A stretch of 64,000 nt of DNA from an uncultured Bacteroidota bacterium. Its GTDB lineage: Bacteria; Bacteroidota; Bacteroidia; Chitinophagales; Chitinophagaceae. The notes under the pieces were generated by a model. The model was not told the DNA's origin. It ran no database searches and saw nothing but the letters and a program-made list of their open reading frames with translations. The stretch's first letter is position 1. Each line of letters begins with the position of its first letter. Shown in pieces: positions 10,115-19,652 of this stretch. Where the stretch lies: positions 22,795 through 86,794 of the forward strand of contig CAINOI010000030.1 of assembly GCA_903851465.1 (NCBI GenBank). Reading direction: 5' to 3'. The translations under genes were made by a program, and so were the position numbers.

Positions 10115-11386
10115 ATGGTCATTTTATTATTAGTCACATTTATTGTTGGATATCTTTTAATTACATTAGAACATGCTATTCATATTAATAAAGCGGCCAT
10201 TGCATTAATTACTGCGGTACTTTGTTGGACCATTATTGTGATGAATCCTGCATACAAAAACGAGGCGCTTTTAGCGCTTGGCCATCATTTAAGCAGTGTT
10301 GCTGAAATTGTATTTTTCCTTTTAGGTGCGATGACCATTGTTGAATTAATTGATGCACATGACGGCTTTCAAAATATTACTGAAAAAATTAAAACAACCA
10401 ATAAATCTAAATTCATTTGGACCATTGCCTTGCTAACATTTTTCTTATCTGCAGTGCTTGATAATTTAACAAGTACCATTGTAATGTTATCTATCATTAA
10501 CAAACTCGTGAAGGAAAAGAATGCAAAATGGCATTTACTAGGTTTGGTGATCATTGCAGCAAATGCAGGTGGGGCTTGGAGTCCAATAGGAGATGTGACT
10601 ACAACGATGTTGTGGATTGGACATCAAATGACGCCACTAAATATCATTAAAGAAACATTCTTGGCAAGTTTAACTTGTATGGTTATACCTACTTTGATCA
10701 TTAATTACAGATTAAAAGGGGATATCTTATTAGAAGAAAAAATAACAATCAATCAAAATGTTATTTCTACTGCTACGGATCGAAACCTAGTTTTTATCAT
10801 TGGCATCATCTGTATGTTGTTTGTGCCATTTTTTAAAACGATCACGGACCTTCCTCCGTTTATGGGCATGTTGTGTAGTCTAGGTATCATGTGGGTTTTA
10901 ACAGAGCTATTACATCATAATAAAATATCAGATGAAAAAGGGAATTTATCGGTAAGTCACGCACTCAGAAAAATAGACACACCAAGTATTTTGTTTTTTT
11001 TAGGCATTTTAATGAGTATTGCTGCTTTAGAACAAGTGGGGCTATTAACTAGCCTTGCTGCCTATTTTGATCATGAGTTTAATGATATCAAAATGATTGC
11101 TATTGTGATAGGGTTGTTGTCTTCGGTAGTAGATAATGTACCAATGGTCGCTGCTTTACAAAGTATGTATAGTTTAGAAATGTATCCTACAGACCATTAT
11201 TTCTGGGAATTTTTAGCCTATACTGCAGGAACGGGTGGATCGGTTTTAATCATAGGATCTGCAGCAGGAGTCGCTGTAATGGGTATCGAAAAAATAGACT
11301 TCTTTTGGTACCTCAAAAACATTAGTTGGATCGCTTTAATAGGATTTCTAACAGGCGCTTTGGTTTTTATCCTAGAAAATGCTTAA
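10115..11386 (+). CDS. nhaD: NhaD-type Na+/H+ antiporter
   Basis: FFLLGAMTIVELID, LDNLT, ANAGGAWSPIGDVTTTMLW, VDNVP and GTGGSVLIIGSAAGV motifs. Confidence 0.87.
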   Translation: MVILLLVTFIVGYLLITLEHAIHINKAAIALITAVLCWTIIVMNPAYKNEALLALGHHLSSVAEIVFFLLGAMTIVELIDAHDGFQNITEKIKTTNKSKFIWTIALLTFFLSAVLDNLTSTIVMLSIINKLVKEKNAKWHLLGLVIIAANAGGAWSPIGDVTTTMLWIGHQMTPLNIIKETFLASLTCMVIPTLIINYRLKGDILLEEKITINQNVISTATDRNLVFIIGIICMLFVPFFKTITDLPPFMGMLCSLGIMWVLTELLHHNKISDEKGNLSVSHALRKIDTPSILFFLGILMSIAALEQVGLLTSLAAYFDHEFNDIKMIAIVIGLLSSVVDNVPMVAALQSMYSLEMYPTDHYFWEFLAYTAGTGGSVLIIGSAAGVAVMGIEKIDFFWYLKNISWIALIGFLTGALVFILENA

Positions 11387-11417
11387 TTTTGATGTTCAAA
11401 CATTGAAAAACTATTTT

Positions 11418-12131
11418 ATGCAAACAATATTACATACATCAGATTCAAGAGGAGACGCAAACCATGGTTGGTTACATAGCAAACACAGTTTTAGTTTTGC
11501 CAATTATTATAATCCAGAAAAAATACACTTTGGTGTATTGCGTGTATTGAATGATGATTTTGTAGCTGCCGGTATGGGGTTTGGATTACATCCGCACGAC
11601 AATATGGAAATTATTTCTATTCCATTAGAAGGTGATTTAGCGCATCAAGACAGTATGGGTAATCATACAGTCATTAAACACGGCGACATTCAAGTAATGA
11701 GTGCTGGTACTGGTATTAAACACAGCGAGTTCAATCATAATAAAGATAAACCTGTTAAGTTTTTACAAATTTGGGTGATACCAAATAAAAAAGATGTAAC
11801 GCCTCGTTATGATCAAATCACATTAGATCCTGCAAATCGAATCAACAAATTAGAGCAAATACTTTCTCCAAATGCCGATGACGCTGGTGTTTGGATCCAT
11901 CAAGACGCTTGGTTTCATATAGGCAAGTTTGACCTAGACTTTGCTACTAATTACAAAGTAAAAAAAGCTGGGAATGGTTTGTACGCTTTTGTCTTGTATG
12001 GTTCATTTGAAGTTGCTGGACAAACATTAGCTGAAAGAGACGCATTAGGTATTACAGACTTTGATCAATTTGAATTAAAGGCTTTGACAAAGGATGCGGA
12101 AATATTACTAATGGAAATTCCATTGCAATAG
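11418..12131 (+). CDS. Pirin family protein
   Basis: RGDANHGWLHSKHSFSFANYY, HPHDNMEII, QVMSAGTGIKHSE. ATG 11418 preferred over the ORF-track start. Confidence 0.92.
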   Translation: MQTILHTSDSRGDANHGWLHSKHSFSFANYYNPEKIHFGVLRVLNDDFVAAGMGFGLHPHDNMEIISIPLEGDLAHQDSMGNHTVIKHGDIQVMSAGTGIKHSEFNHNKDKPVKFLQIWVIPNKKDVTPRYDQITLDPANRINKLEQILSPNADDAGVWIHQDAWFHIGKFDLDFATNYKVKKAGNGLYAFVLYGSFEVAGQTLAERDALGITDFDQFELKALTKDAEILLMEIPLQ

Positions 12132-14192
12132 TAAAGAATAAGTTCGCCCCATTGCATAGATACCTGATCCATGCGTTTTGTATTTTTCATTCAGTAGATT
12201 GATACCTCCTAACTGTATAAACACATTATTAAATTGTTGATTGACGCTAATGTTAAATACATTCCAATTGGGTGTGCCATTTTTACCAATGCGGTTGTCA
12301 TCCTTATCTCCCTGTGCTAATCGATCTTGCTTTCCAGCAAATAAATGTTGAACCAGTATTTGCGTATTATTTTTTTTCCAAACTAGTTCTTGTTGACCAA
12401 ACAAAGGTGGAATACGCCTCATTGGTTCATTCTTTGTTTCATTTTGCCCGTAGGTATAGGTTAAATTACTTGACCATCTAAACTGTGTATTGAATTGAAG
12501 GGCTAAATTGGTTTCGAATCCTTGAATAAAAGAAGCTTCTGAATTTTGTTTGGAATATACTTGATAGCCATTGATGATACTCCCTGTCACCTTTTGTCTT
12601 GTGATGATATCATTTAATTTTAAATAAAAGCCACTTAAATCAAATTGAATCAGTTTTGTATTTAGTTTGTATCCCAATTCATAATGCAATGATTTCTCAG
12701 GTGCTAAATTACTGGTTGGTAATTCATATCTAAAATCAACAATACCTAATGTGCCCATATCATCAATATTCGGAGCACGGTATCCAGAGGATAGGGAAGC
12801 ATACACTATATTGGATGTATTTAATTTATAAGCGACACCTCCATTTCCAACTAATGCGGATGGCTTTATATTCACGGAACCAATACTTGTATCTGTTAAT
12901 TGTATTCCAAATTTATTCCAACGAACTCCTGCTTCTATATGCCATTTTTGTAGTTCTATTTTATGCAAATTAAATACCGAAAAACTTTTATAACTGCTAT
13001 TATTTGGGTAAAGCCCTCTTTTGTTGACAGAAATCCCTGTGGTTAAATTTTTATCAATTAGTTCACTCGCTATTTTATCCGAATTATAATCTATCCCTGA
13101 ATTGATTTCCCAATTTTTTGTTGGATTGGAATAAAGATCAATGCTTGTTCCATTAGAATTCACTTGGTCTCTTTCGTATCTATAAATAACATTATTCAAT
13201 TTATTACTTTCTCTTGCCTCATTTGAATACTGTATAGACTGTATCACTTTAATTTTAGAAAGGTATTTAGACTGTAAGTTTTTTTCCCACTGAATAGAAT
13301 GGATATTTCTTTCCTGTTTAGTAATTTTATTGATTTTAAAGCCCTCTAATAAAACTTTATGATAAATAGGCACATCTTTTTGGATAAAGAAACGGGATGA
13401 TATGGTCATTTCCTCTGCTTTGTTTAATTGTATTTTAGCGATCGTATTGATCCCTGTTTCGCCATAACCACTTGGGCTTTGAATACCTACATTATTTCCG
13501 CCAACTAAGTCCCCGAAATTTCTTAATGTAATTCCAGACTGTATTGCAAAGTTTTTTTGCGCATACTGTAAGGTAGTTCTATTGGACCTTTCCATATTCT
13601 GCCCTATATATTTTAATGAAGCACTAGTACTCCAAGTCTTTTTTTGATTGTACGAAGGCATATAGGAATGCAAATGAATCACACCTCCAATGGCATCAGA
13701 TCCATATTCAACAGAACCAGTTCCCTTACTGACATCAATTTGACTAATCGTATACAAATCGATATTGTTTAAATATTGATTGGGCCCATATCTGAAAGTA
13801 GCATTGTTAATACGAACACCGTCCAACATTAATAATGTTTGATTACCAGTAAGGCCTCTTATAAATGCAGAGCCCCCACCATGGTTTGTTTTTTGAATAA
13901 AAACACCCGAACTACCCACTAGTGCCTCGGGGGTTGTTCTATAATTCCCTATTTGAATTGCTTCTGCATTTTTTTGCACTATGCTGTAAGGCAGGTTGAA
14001 CTTATTTTTTTGTAGCATCCTGCTTTTAACAACAATAGAATCTAAATAAACATAGCTTGTATCGCCCAGACTATTTTTATAATTTGCCTTTGCAATTTTT
14101 ATGCCATAACTAAAACAAAAAAGGGTACTAATAAAAAAAATCAACTTAATATTTTTGTTCGACTTTAAATTTTTATTCATTTTCGATTTCAT
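12108..14192 (-). CDS. TonB-dependent receptor (non-SusC type, ligand unknown; start uncertain, 14180 or 14192)
   Basis: Plug motif QKTNHGGGSAFIRG...LDGVRINN, GSDAIGGVIHL, LAPEKS; overlaps the pirin 3' end convergently. Confidence 0.88.
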   Translation of the reverse strand: MKSKMNKNLKSNKNIKLIFFISTLFCFSYGIKIAKANYKNSLGDTSYVYLDSIVVKSRMLQKNKFNLPYSIVQKNAEAIQIGNYRTTPEALVGSSGVFIQKTNHGGGSAFIRGLTGNQTLLMLDGVRINNATFRYGPNQYLNNIDLYTISQIDVSKGTGSVEYGSDAIGGVIHLHSYMPSYNQKKTWSTSASLKYIGQNMERSNRTTLQYAQKNFAIQSGITLRNFGDLVGGNNVGIQSPSGYGETGINTIAKIQLNKAEEMTISSRFFIQKDVPIYHKVLLEGFKINKITKQERNIHSIQWEKNLQSKYLSKIKVIQSIQYSNEARESNKLNNVIYRYERDQVNSNGTSIDLYSNPTKNWEINSGIDYNSDKIASELIDKNLTTGISVNKRGLYPNNSSYKSFSVFNLHKIELQKWHIEAGVRWNKFGIQLTDTSIGSVNIKPSALVGNGGVAYKLNTSNIVYASLSSGYRAPNIDDMGTLGIVDFRYELPTSNLAPEKSLHYELGYKLNTKLIQFDLSGFYLKLNDIITRQKVTGSIINGYQVYSKQNSEASFIQGFETNLALQFNTQFRWSSNLTYTYGQNETKNEPMRRIPPLFGQQELVWKKNNTQILVQHLFAGKQDRLAQGDKDDNRIGKNGTPNWNVFNISVNQQFNNVFIQLGGINLLNEKYKTHGSGIYAMGRTYSLLLQWNFH

Positions 14193-14225
14193 CCTTAACT
14201 TTTTTACTAATAAAATTTTATTGTC

Positions 14226-14264
14226 AAAAAAGCCACTCAAAAAATACTTTAATGAATGGCTTTT
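14226..14264 (-). terminator. Probable terminator after the phosphoesterase pair
   Basis: Minus strand reads AAAAGCCATTCA-loop-TGAGTGGCTTTT followed by more T. Confidence 0.55.
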
Positions 14265-14282
14265 ATATTATATGAGCCTTAA

Positions 14283-16688
14283 TTAATCAATTATTTTTAT
14301 GAAAGCACTTCTCTTAGGCGCTGGCATTTCGCTATTAATTCCTTTAATGGCCTTCCATAAAATTTGATTAAACAATAAATCTGGTACTTTATCTTCCTTG
14401 CTAAAATCCATGCTTTCACTCAACTTAGACAAGGCATCTACTTTAATATTTTTTTCATTGATATCAACCAATGGATTAATTACATTGTAAGGTGTTTTAT
14501 TCACTTTAGTATCAAATGATCTCCACATTGGTTCTGCAGCGGCATCATATTGACTCATTGGCGGTAAGCCAAGAATTAACTCCATTGTTCTTAACATGCT
14601 CGAAGTCGAATACATCGTGTGGTCTACAAACCCTCTTTTAACAAATCCTCCTGCAACATATGCTGTTGAGCGATGTGCATCCACATGGTCTGCTCCATTT
14701 TGTGCATCATCTTCTAAAATAAAAATTGCAATTTTATCCCAAATAGGATGTTTGCTTAAATAGTCTACGAATAAACCAACTGCATAATCATTGTCAGCTA
14801 CATGCGCAAAAGGCGTTGGTCTACCCACCCTTGTACCTTCGGTGTGGTCATTGATAAAACGCATTGTATTTAATGCAGGCACTTGATTGATAGCGTATAA
14901 TGAATCAAAATCTCTTTTCCATTGATAGAATCTAGAAGTGTCTCTTACTTTCTCATCCCAGCTTGTAAAATACGGACAGAATTTACCTTGTAAGGTTGGA
15001 TAATTTGCTTCATAATCATCTGCAAACTCTCCATAGGTTCTAAAGCTCACTCTTGCTTTTAAGGCATGATCCCATAAAAATCCTCCTTTAGGCGATGCAA
15101 TATTTTTTTGACCTTCATAATCATAGGTACCACCTCTTCCACCATAACTAGTTACCCAAGTTTTTTCATTGTAATCATTGGCATAAGCAGCCATACTCCA
15201 ACTATGTCCGTCAGCACTTACTTCTGCATCTACATAAAAATTATCTAATAAAACAAATTGCTCTGAAATTGCGTGTTGGTTTGGTGTGATATTTCTTCCA
15301 AAAAGCAATAAACTGCTATCTCCATTGCCTTGAGGTAAATCACTTAGTACCTGATCATAAGTTCTATTTTCTTTGATCATATAAAACACATGCTTGATTG
15401 GAGAACTATCGCCTACATTTTTTGGTATTGGATTACCTTTCATACCTGAGGTTGACAATTCCTTACTTTTATCATAAGGCGTATTTAGATAGACTTGCTT
15501 AGTTAAGCTAGTTAGTTCTGCCAATGTTGGTTCCTTGAAAATAGAAAGGGTACCCTTAAATAAACCACCAATATATTGGACTGGTTCTGGTTTTGCTTTT
15601 ATATCTCCTGCTTGGTAGTTCACTGTTTGTTTTCTTTGAACTGGACTTGGCCCATTTGGATTTGCCTTTGAGCTAAGCCCTTTACCATTGGTTACGAATA
15701 AAGTATTACCTACAATTTTTAAATTAGTTGGATACCACCCAGTAGGGATAAAACCTATACTTGAACTAAATCCTTTTTTTGTCACATCAAAAACGGCTAA
15801 ATTATTATTGTCGGCATTGGCCACATATAATCTTGATTCGTTTTCGTTTAATGCCAACCCATTAGTAGTAGATCCGTTTGGTGCATTTGCAAACAAGGCA
15901 CAATTCAGTACTTCGACAATTGTTAAAGACTTTGTATCTACCACGGCAACACTATTGTCATTTGCATTGGCAACATATAAATAGCTTCCGTTTTTTGTTA
16001 TTAACAATTCATTTGGATTATCGCCGATGGCTAATTTTTTAATTGTTTGTTTTGTCTTTGTATCCCAAATCAATAACTGGTCTGCACCCCATAATGAAAT
16101 ATATAATTGTTTTTTATCAGGACTTAACATACAGGTATATGCTTCTGAGCCTAATGCATATGTAGTGAATTTTTTTGATTCAAGATTAATTTCATACAAT
16201 GTATTATTCTCTTTTGATACCACATACATAATATTAGTTGCATCATTGATGCATAGCCCTGTTGGTGAAATTTTAACTGGCCATTTTCCTCCTAGCTTGA
16301 TAGAGTCGACTAATTTTAATTTACTAGAAACAATTTCATATTTTAAAATCCAATTATCGTTTCCACCACTTGCGTACAAGAATTGGTTATTTTTACTAAA
16401 AGCCAATCCATACCAACTTTTTGGTGTGGTTACATAATCTAATATTGTTTGCTTAGCAATATCTACCAAGTGAATACCTTGTGTACTTTGACCGTTATTA
16501 GTGATGGCTGCAAATTTTTTATTTGGACTTACAACAATATTTAGCGGCAAATCTTGTAATGGCAACTGTTTACCAATTGGAGTTAATTTCCAATTATTTG
16601 GCAAAACGGTCTGTTGCATTTGACCGTTACTTGTTATAGCTGCAAACAAACTAGCTGCTAAGCATATAAGCGTAAATTTCATTTTCAT
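14283..16688 (-). CDS. Secreted YncE/YVTN beta-propeller plus phosphoesterase (PLC/AcpA-like) protein
   Basis: Signal peptide, propeller repeats (IPTGWYP), SPIKHVFYMIKENRTYDQV, DNFYVDAEVSADGH, NDHT, EDDAQNGADHVDAHRS. Confidence 0.85.
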   Translation of the reverse strand: MKMKFTLICLAASLFAAITSNGQMQQTVLPNNWKLTPIGKQLPLQDLPLNIVVSPNKKFAAITNNGQSTQGIHLVDIAKQTILDYVTTPKSWYGLAFSKNNQFLYASGGNDNWILKYEIVSSKLKLVDSIKLGGKWPVKISPTGLCINDATNIMYVVSKENNTLYEINLESKKFTTYALGSEAYTCMLSPDKKQLYISLWGADQLLIWDTKTKQTIKKLAIGDNPNELLITKNGSYLYVANANDNSVAVVDTKSLTIVEVLNCALFANAPNGSTTNGLALNENESRLYVANADNNNLAVFDVTKKGFSSSIGFIPTGWYPTNLKIVGNTLFVTNGKGLSSKANPNGPSPVQRKQTVNYQAGDIKAKPEPVQYIGGLFKGTLSIFKEPTLAELTSLTKQVYLNTPYDKSKELSTSGMKGNPIPKNVGDSSPIKHVFYMIKENRTYDQVLSDLPQGNGDSSLLLFGRNITPNQHAISEQFVLLDNFYVDAEVSADGHSWSMAAYANDYNEKTWVTSYGGRGGTYDYEGQKNIASPKGGFLWDHALKARVSFRTYGEFADDYEANYPTLQGKFCPYFTSWDEKVRDTSRFYQWKRDFDSLYAINQVPALNTMRFINDHTEGTRVGRPTPFAHVADNDYAVGLFVDYLSKHPIWDKIAIFILEDDAQNGADHVDAHRSTAYVAGGFVKRGFVDHTMYSTSSMLRTMELILGLPPMSQYDAAAEPMWRSFDTKVNKTPYNVINPLVDINEKNIKVDALSKLSESMDFSKEDKVPDLLFNQILWKAIKGINSEMPAPKRSAFIKIID

Positions 16689-16732
16689 AAATTGCTGATT
16701 ATTATTTAATAAATTGATCGATGTATTTAATA

Positions 16733-19441
16733 TTATTGGATAATGGTGCCAGAGGTTTTATAGTGCTCTGTTCTTTGTTCTTTTTCATTATCCATGGTAG
16801 GACCTTGCTTAATTTTTTTCCAATCTAAATTGTAATTGTATTTTTTCATTGCTTTATCCCAATCAAATACTTCCTGACTAGGGAATTCAAAATAGTAGGG
16901 ACTAAAATCTGGTTCATTGGTAAAAAAATCAGTTAACAAAGAAGCTGTGACATCATATTGGTTCACATAAGGAACACCTAATACATTGTAAATGACTTTC
17001 AAGATGGATCCAAAATTGGCATGGGTACTTGAGACATAATTCTTCTTTACATAAGGACCTGCCATCATCAATACACTTCTGTGTGCATCTATATGATCTA
17101 CCCCTCCTTGTGGATCATCTTCAGTTACAATGACTAACATATCCTTCCAATACGGTGTTTGACTCAAAAATTGCATCATTCTTCCTAAAGCCAAATCATT
17201 GTCTGCAACATAAGAATGCATAAAGGGATAGCCGTCTTCTGGTCTAGGTCCAGCAGTATGGTCATTAGGCAACATCACTGTCAATAACTGAGGCAAACTA
17301 TCTTTTCCGTTTAACCATTTTTTTGTAAACTCTTCTTCAAATTGCTTCATTCTAAATTGGTCTGGAATATTGGTATTGTAACCAGCAAAATTATGTGATG
17401 TTTTTCCCCAAACACCTTTCTGCATTGGCACCATTACGATATGACCAGCGCCGGTTGCGGTATCATACCAATCTTCTCTTACATGCGCAGTTTCATTTGC
17501 TTGCCCAAAATTATAATAGCTAATTTTTTTTCTGTCTAATGCTTCCCATAAGCCTCCAATCTCGGCATAATCTTCTGGGTCCATACTGCCTGTAGATCCT
17601 GGGAACCTTCTACCAGATGCGGTCGAAAAATAATCAGCAGACTTATCTGTACTTGAATTTGCCTCTACCCACTCATTCGGTATTACGCCCATCATCCAAT
17701 GGTGTCCATGAATAGATGCATCACTGTCGCAATAAAAATTATCACTCAACGAAAATTGCTTTGCAATTTTAATATGATTCGGTGCCACGTTAACATGCTT
17801 CACAACTTTATTTTTTCCAAATACATTCACATCTAATCCAAATCTTGCTAATGTTGGATCGCCATTCACCGTTTTCATTTGACCAAAAATTTCATCAAAT
17901 GTTCTATTTTCTTTGGTAATAAAAACGACATGTTTGATAGGACTTAATTTGCTACCTGGTAAAACAGGTAATGGCAGACTATCTGTTTGTTCTTTTACAA
18001 TATAGGTTTGAGCCAATGCTTGTTTTGTATAGGTTGCAAGTGTTGTAGGGTCTGGATTAAGCACTTCTTGGAATCCGCCTAATTGAATATCCCCCACATA
18101 AGTACCTTGGATAGGTGCAATGAAATTTTTTCCTCCATTTTGACCTGCACCTAAACCTCTGCAAGATGTGATGTATATTTTTTGTTCGTCATTAGACAAT
18201 GCGACTCTTGTAGTGCCCCATCCTGTTGGAATTAATCCAGTGGTAGTAGAAGTTTTTAAATCAATTTTTGCAACTGCATTAAATCCTAATAAGGCTACAA
18301 ATAGGGTACTTTCATCTTTTGTAATCGCAATACCAAATGGCAATAAGCCTCTGTATTTATCTAATTTTGGATCTACTTTAATAGGGATATGTTTGACAAT
18401 CTTTCCTTTTTTATAATCAATCACAGCAATATTATCGTTGGTCGCATTGGTCACATAGGCATACTTTTTACCTACTGCAATTGAATTAGGACTTGCGCCG
18501 CCAATCACTTCCGCATCTTCTACTAGCTCACCTAATAATAAACCAGTTTTTAATTTTGCTTTAGTCGTATTGGTTGTAAGATCAATACAATAAACACTCA
18601 TTGATTCCTTAGCATTTGGATCACCTAAACCTGGTATTTCTTTCCCGTCAATCTCGGTGCCTTCAATAGACTCCTTTGTGTTATTACCGTAAGGATGCCA
18701 GCCAATATATTGTGTTTTAATATTTTCTTTTGTAGTACCAGCAACTAAAGGATAATCATACATTCCCACATTGGCAACTAAAACCGTTTTTTGATCGGGA
18801 GAGATGGCTAAGCCAAAGGGTTGGCGACCGGTTGGAATAGAGGCAACAATTTTATTTTCAGTAAGACTATAACGAACCAATCTAAAATTACCTCTATCTA
18901 AAATTAATAAATGATTAGAGGCTTCATGGTATACTAGGTCACTTGTAAAACTGCCCGAGAAATTAGTACCATTGAATAAACCATCTAATTTAATAGAATC
19001 AATTTTTTTAAATTGCGCGTAATCATATATTACAACTGTGCCTTCGTCTCCACCACTTAGGTATACAATCTTTTTAGTTGGGTGAAAAGCAATACCCAAG
19101 AAAGAACCCTTTTTTAATGGACTTTCGTTTGCTTTTAAATAATCTGGAATACGCTTTGTTGATTGTGTTTGCAAGTCTATTAGGGTAAATACATTTTCAT
19201 GTAATGCTATCGCTACTTTTCCGTCTGGGGCAATTTTTAAACCAAATGGGTCGTGGGTAATTCTAATTGATTTTCCAACTGGCTGTACATACCTTCCGCT
19301 CGGTAAAATGGAAACACCAGAAGGGTCTATTTTAGCGAATTCGTTAAAACCAGGAACTGTTAAAAAAGATTGTTTTTGTTGGGCGATTGAATGGTTAATA
19401 CAAAACAAAATAAAAACCACTAAAAAAAGATATTTTTTCAT
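16733..19441 (-). CDS. Second secreted beta-propeller plus phosphoesterase protein
   Basis: SPIKHVVFITKENRTFDEI, DNFYCDSDASIHGH, PNDHT, EDDPQGGVDHIDAHRS; ATG at 19441. Confidence 0.85.
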   Translation of the reverse strand: MKKYLFLVVFILFCINHSIAQQKQSFLTVPGFNEFAKIDPSGVSILPSGRYVQPVGKSIRITHDPFGLKIAPDGKVAIALHENVFTLIDLQTQSTKRIPDYLKANESPLKKGSFLGIAFHPTKKIVYLSGGDEGTVVIYDYAQFKKIDSIKLDGLFNGTNFSGSFTSDLVYHEASNHLLILDRGNFRLVRYSLTENKIVASIPTGRQPFGLAISPDQKTVLVANVGMYDYPLVAGTTKENIKTQYIGWHPYGNNTKESIEGTEIDGKEIPGLGDPNAKESMSVYCIDLTTNTTKAKLKTGLLLGELVEDAEVIGGASPNSIAVGKKYAYVTNATNDNIAVIDYKKGKIVKHIPIKVDPKLDKYRGLLPFGIAITKDESTLFVALLGFNAVAKIDLKTSTTTGLIPTGWGTTRVALSNDEQKIYITSCRGLGAGQNGGKNFIAPIQGTYVGDIQLGGFQEVLNPDPTTLATYTKQALAQTYIVKEQTDSLPLPVLPGSKLSPIKHVVFITKENRTFDEIFGQMKTVNGDPTLARFGLDVNVFGKNKVVKHVNVAPNHIKIAKQFSLSDNFYCDSDASIHGHHWMMGVIPNEWVEANSSTDKSADYFSTASGRRFPGSTGSMDPEDYAEIGGLWEALDRKKISYYNFGQANETAHVREDWYDTATGAGHIVMVPMQKGVWGKTSHNFAGYNTNIPDQFRMKQFEEEFTKKWLNGKDSLPQLLTVMLPNDHTAGPRPEDGYPFMHSYVADNDLALGRMMQFLSQTPYWKDMLVIVTEDDPQGGVDHIDAHRSVLMMAGPYVKKNYVSSTHANFGSILKVIYNVLGVPYVNQYDVTASLLTDFFTNEPDFSPYYFEFPSQEVFDWDKAMKKYNYNLDWKKIKQGPTMDNEKEQRTEHYKTSGTIIQ

Positions 19442-19458
19442 AGACAAAAGTTGAACAG

Positions 19459-19466
19459 CAAACCTA
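19459..19466 (-). promoter_or_regulatory. -7 element TAGGTTTG for the phosphoesterase operon
   Basis: Exact TAnnTTTG ending 17 nt before the ATG at 19441. Confidence 0.65.
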
Positions 19467-19555
19467 CCAATATTTGAAATGGTTCTATTTTATTTAAAAC
19501 ATTAATTTATTGTTAAGCAAACGTATTAATTATATTAATAATACTGTTCAGATGT

Positions 19556-19634
19556 GTTAACAATTCCGAAACAATTAGTTCATCTATTGTTCATATCCAC
19601 TTTCAAATTTGTTAAAGGATTCACAATAGATTTG
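19556..19634 (+). promoter_or_regulatory. 11-bp-period direct-repeat array (Pho-box-like) plus -7 element TAGATTTG
   Basis: GTTAACA 19556, CGAAACA 19567, GTTCATC 19578, GTTCATA 19589, CTTTCAA 19600 (degenerate), GTTAAAG 19611; TAGATTTG 19627-19634. Confidence 0.7.
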
Positions 19635-19652
19635 CCGTTCAAAATATTAACT

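Noticed and set aside
12510-12521. GGTTTCGAATCC resembling a tRNA T-loop
   Set aside because: Lies inside a TonB receptor CDS with no cloverleaf around it.
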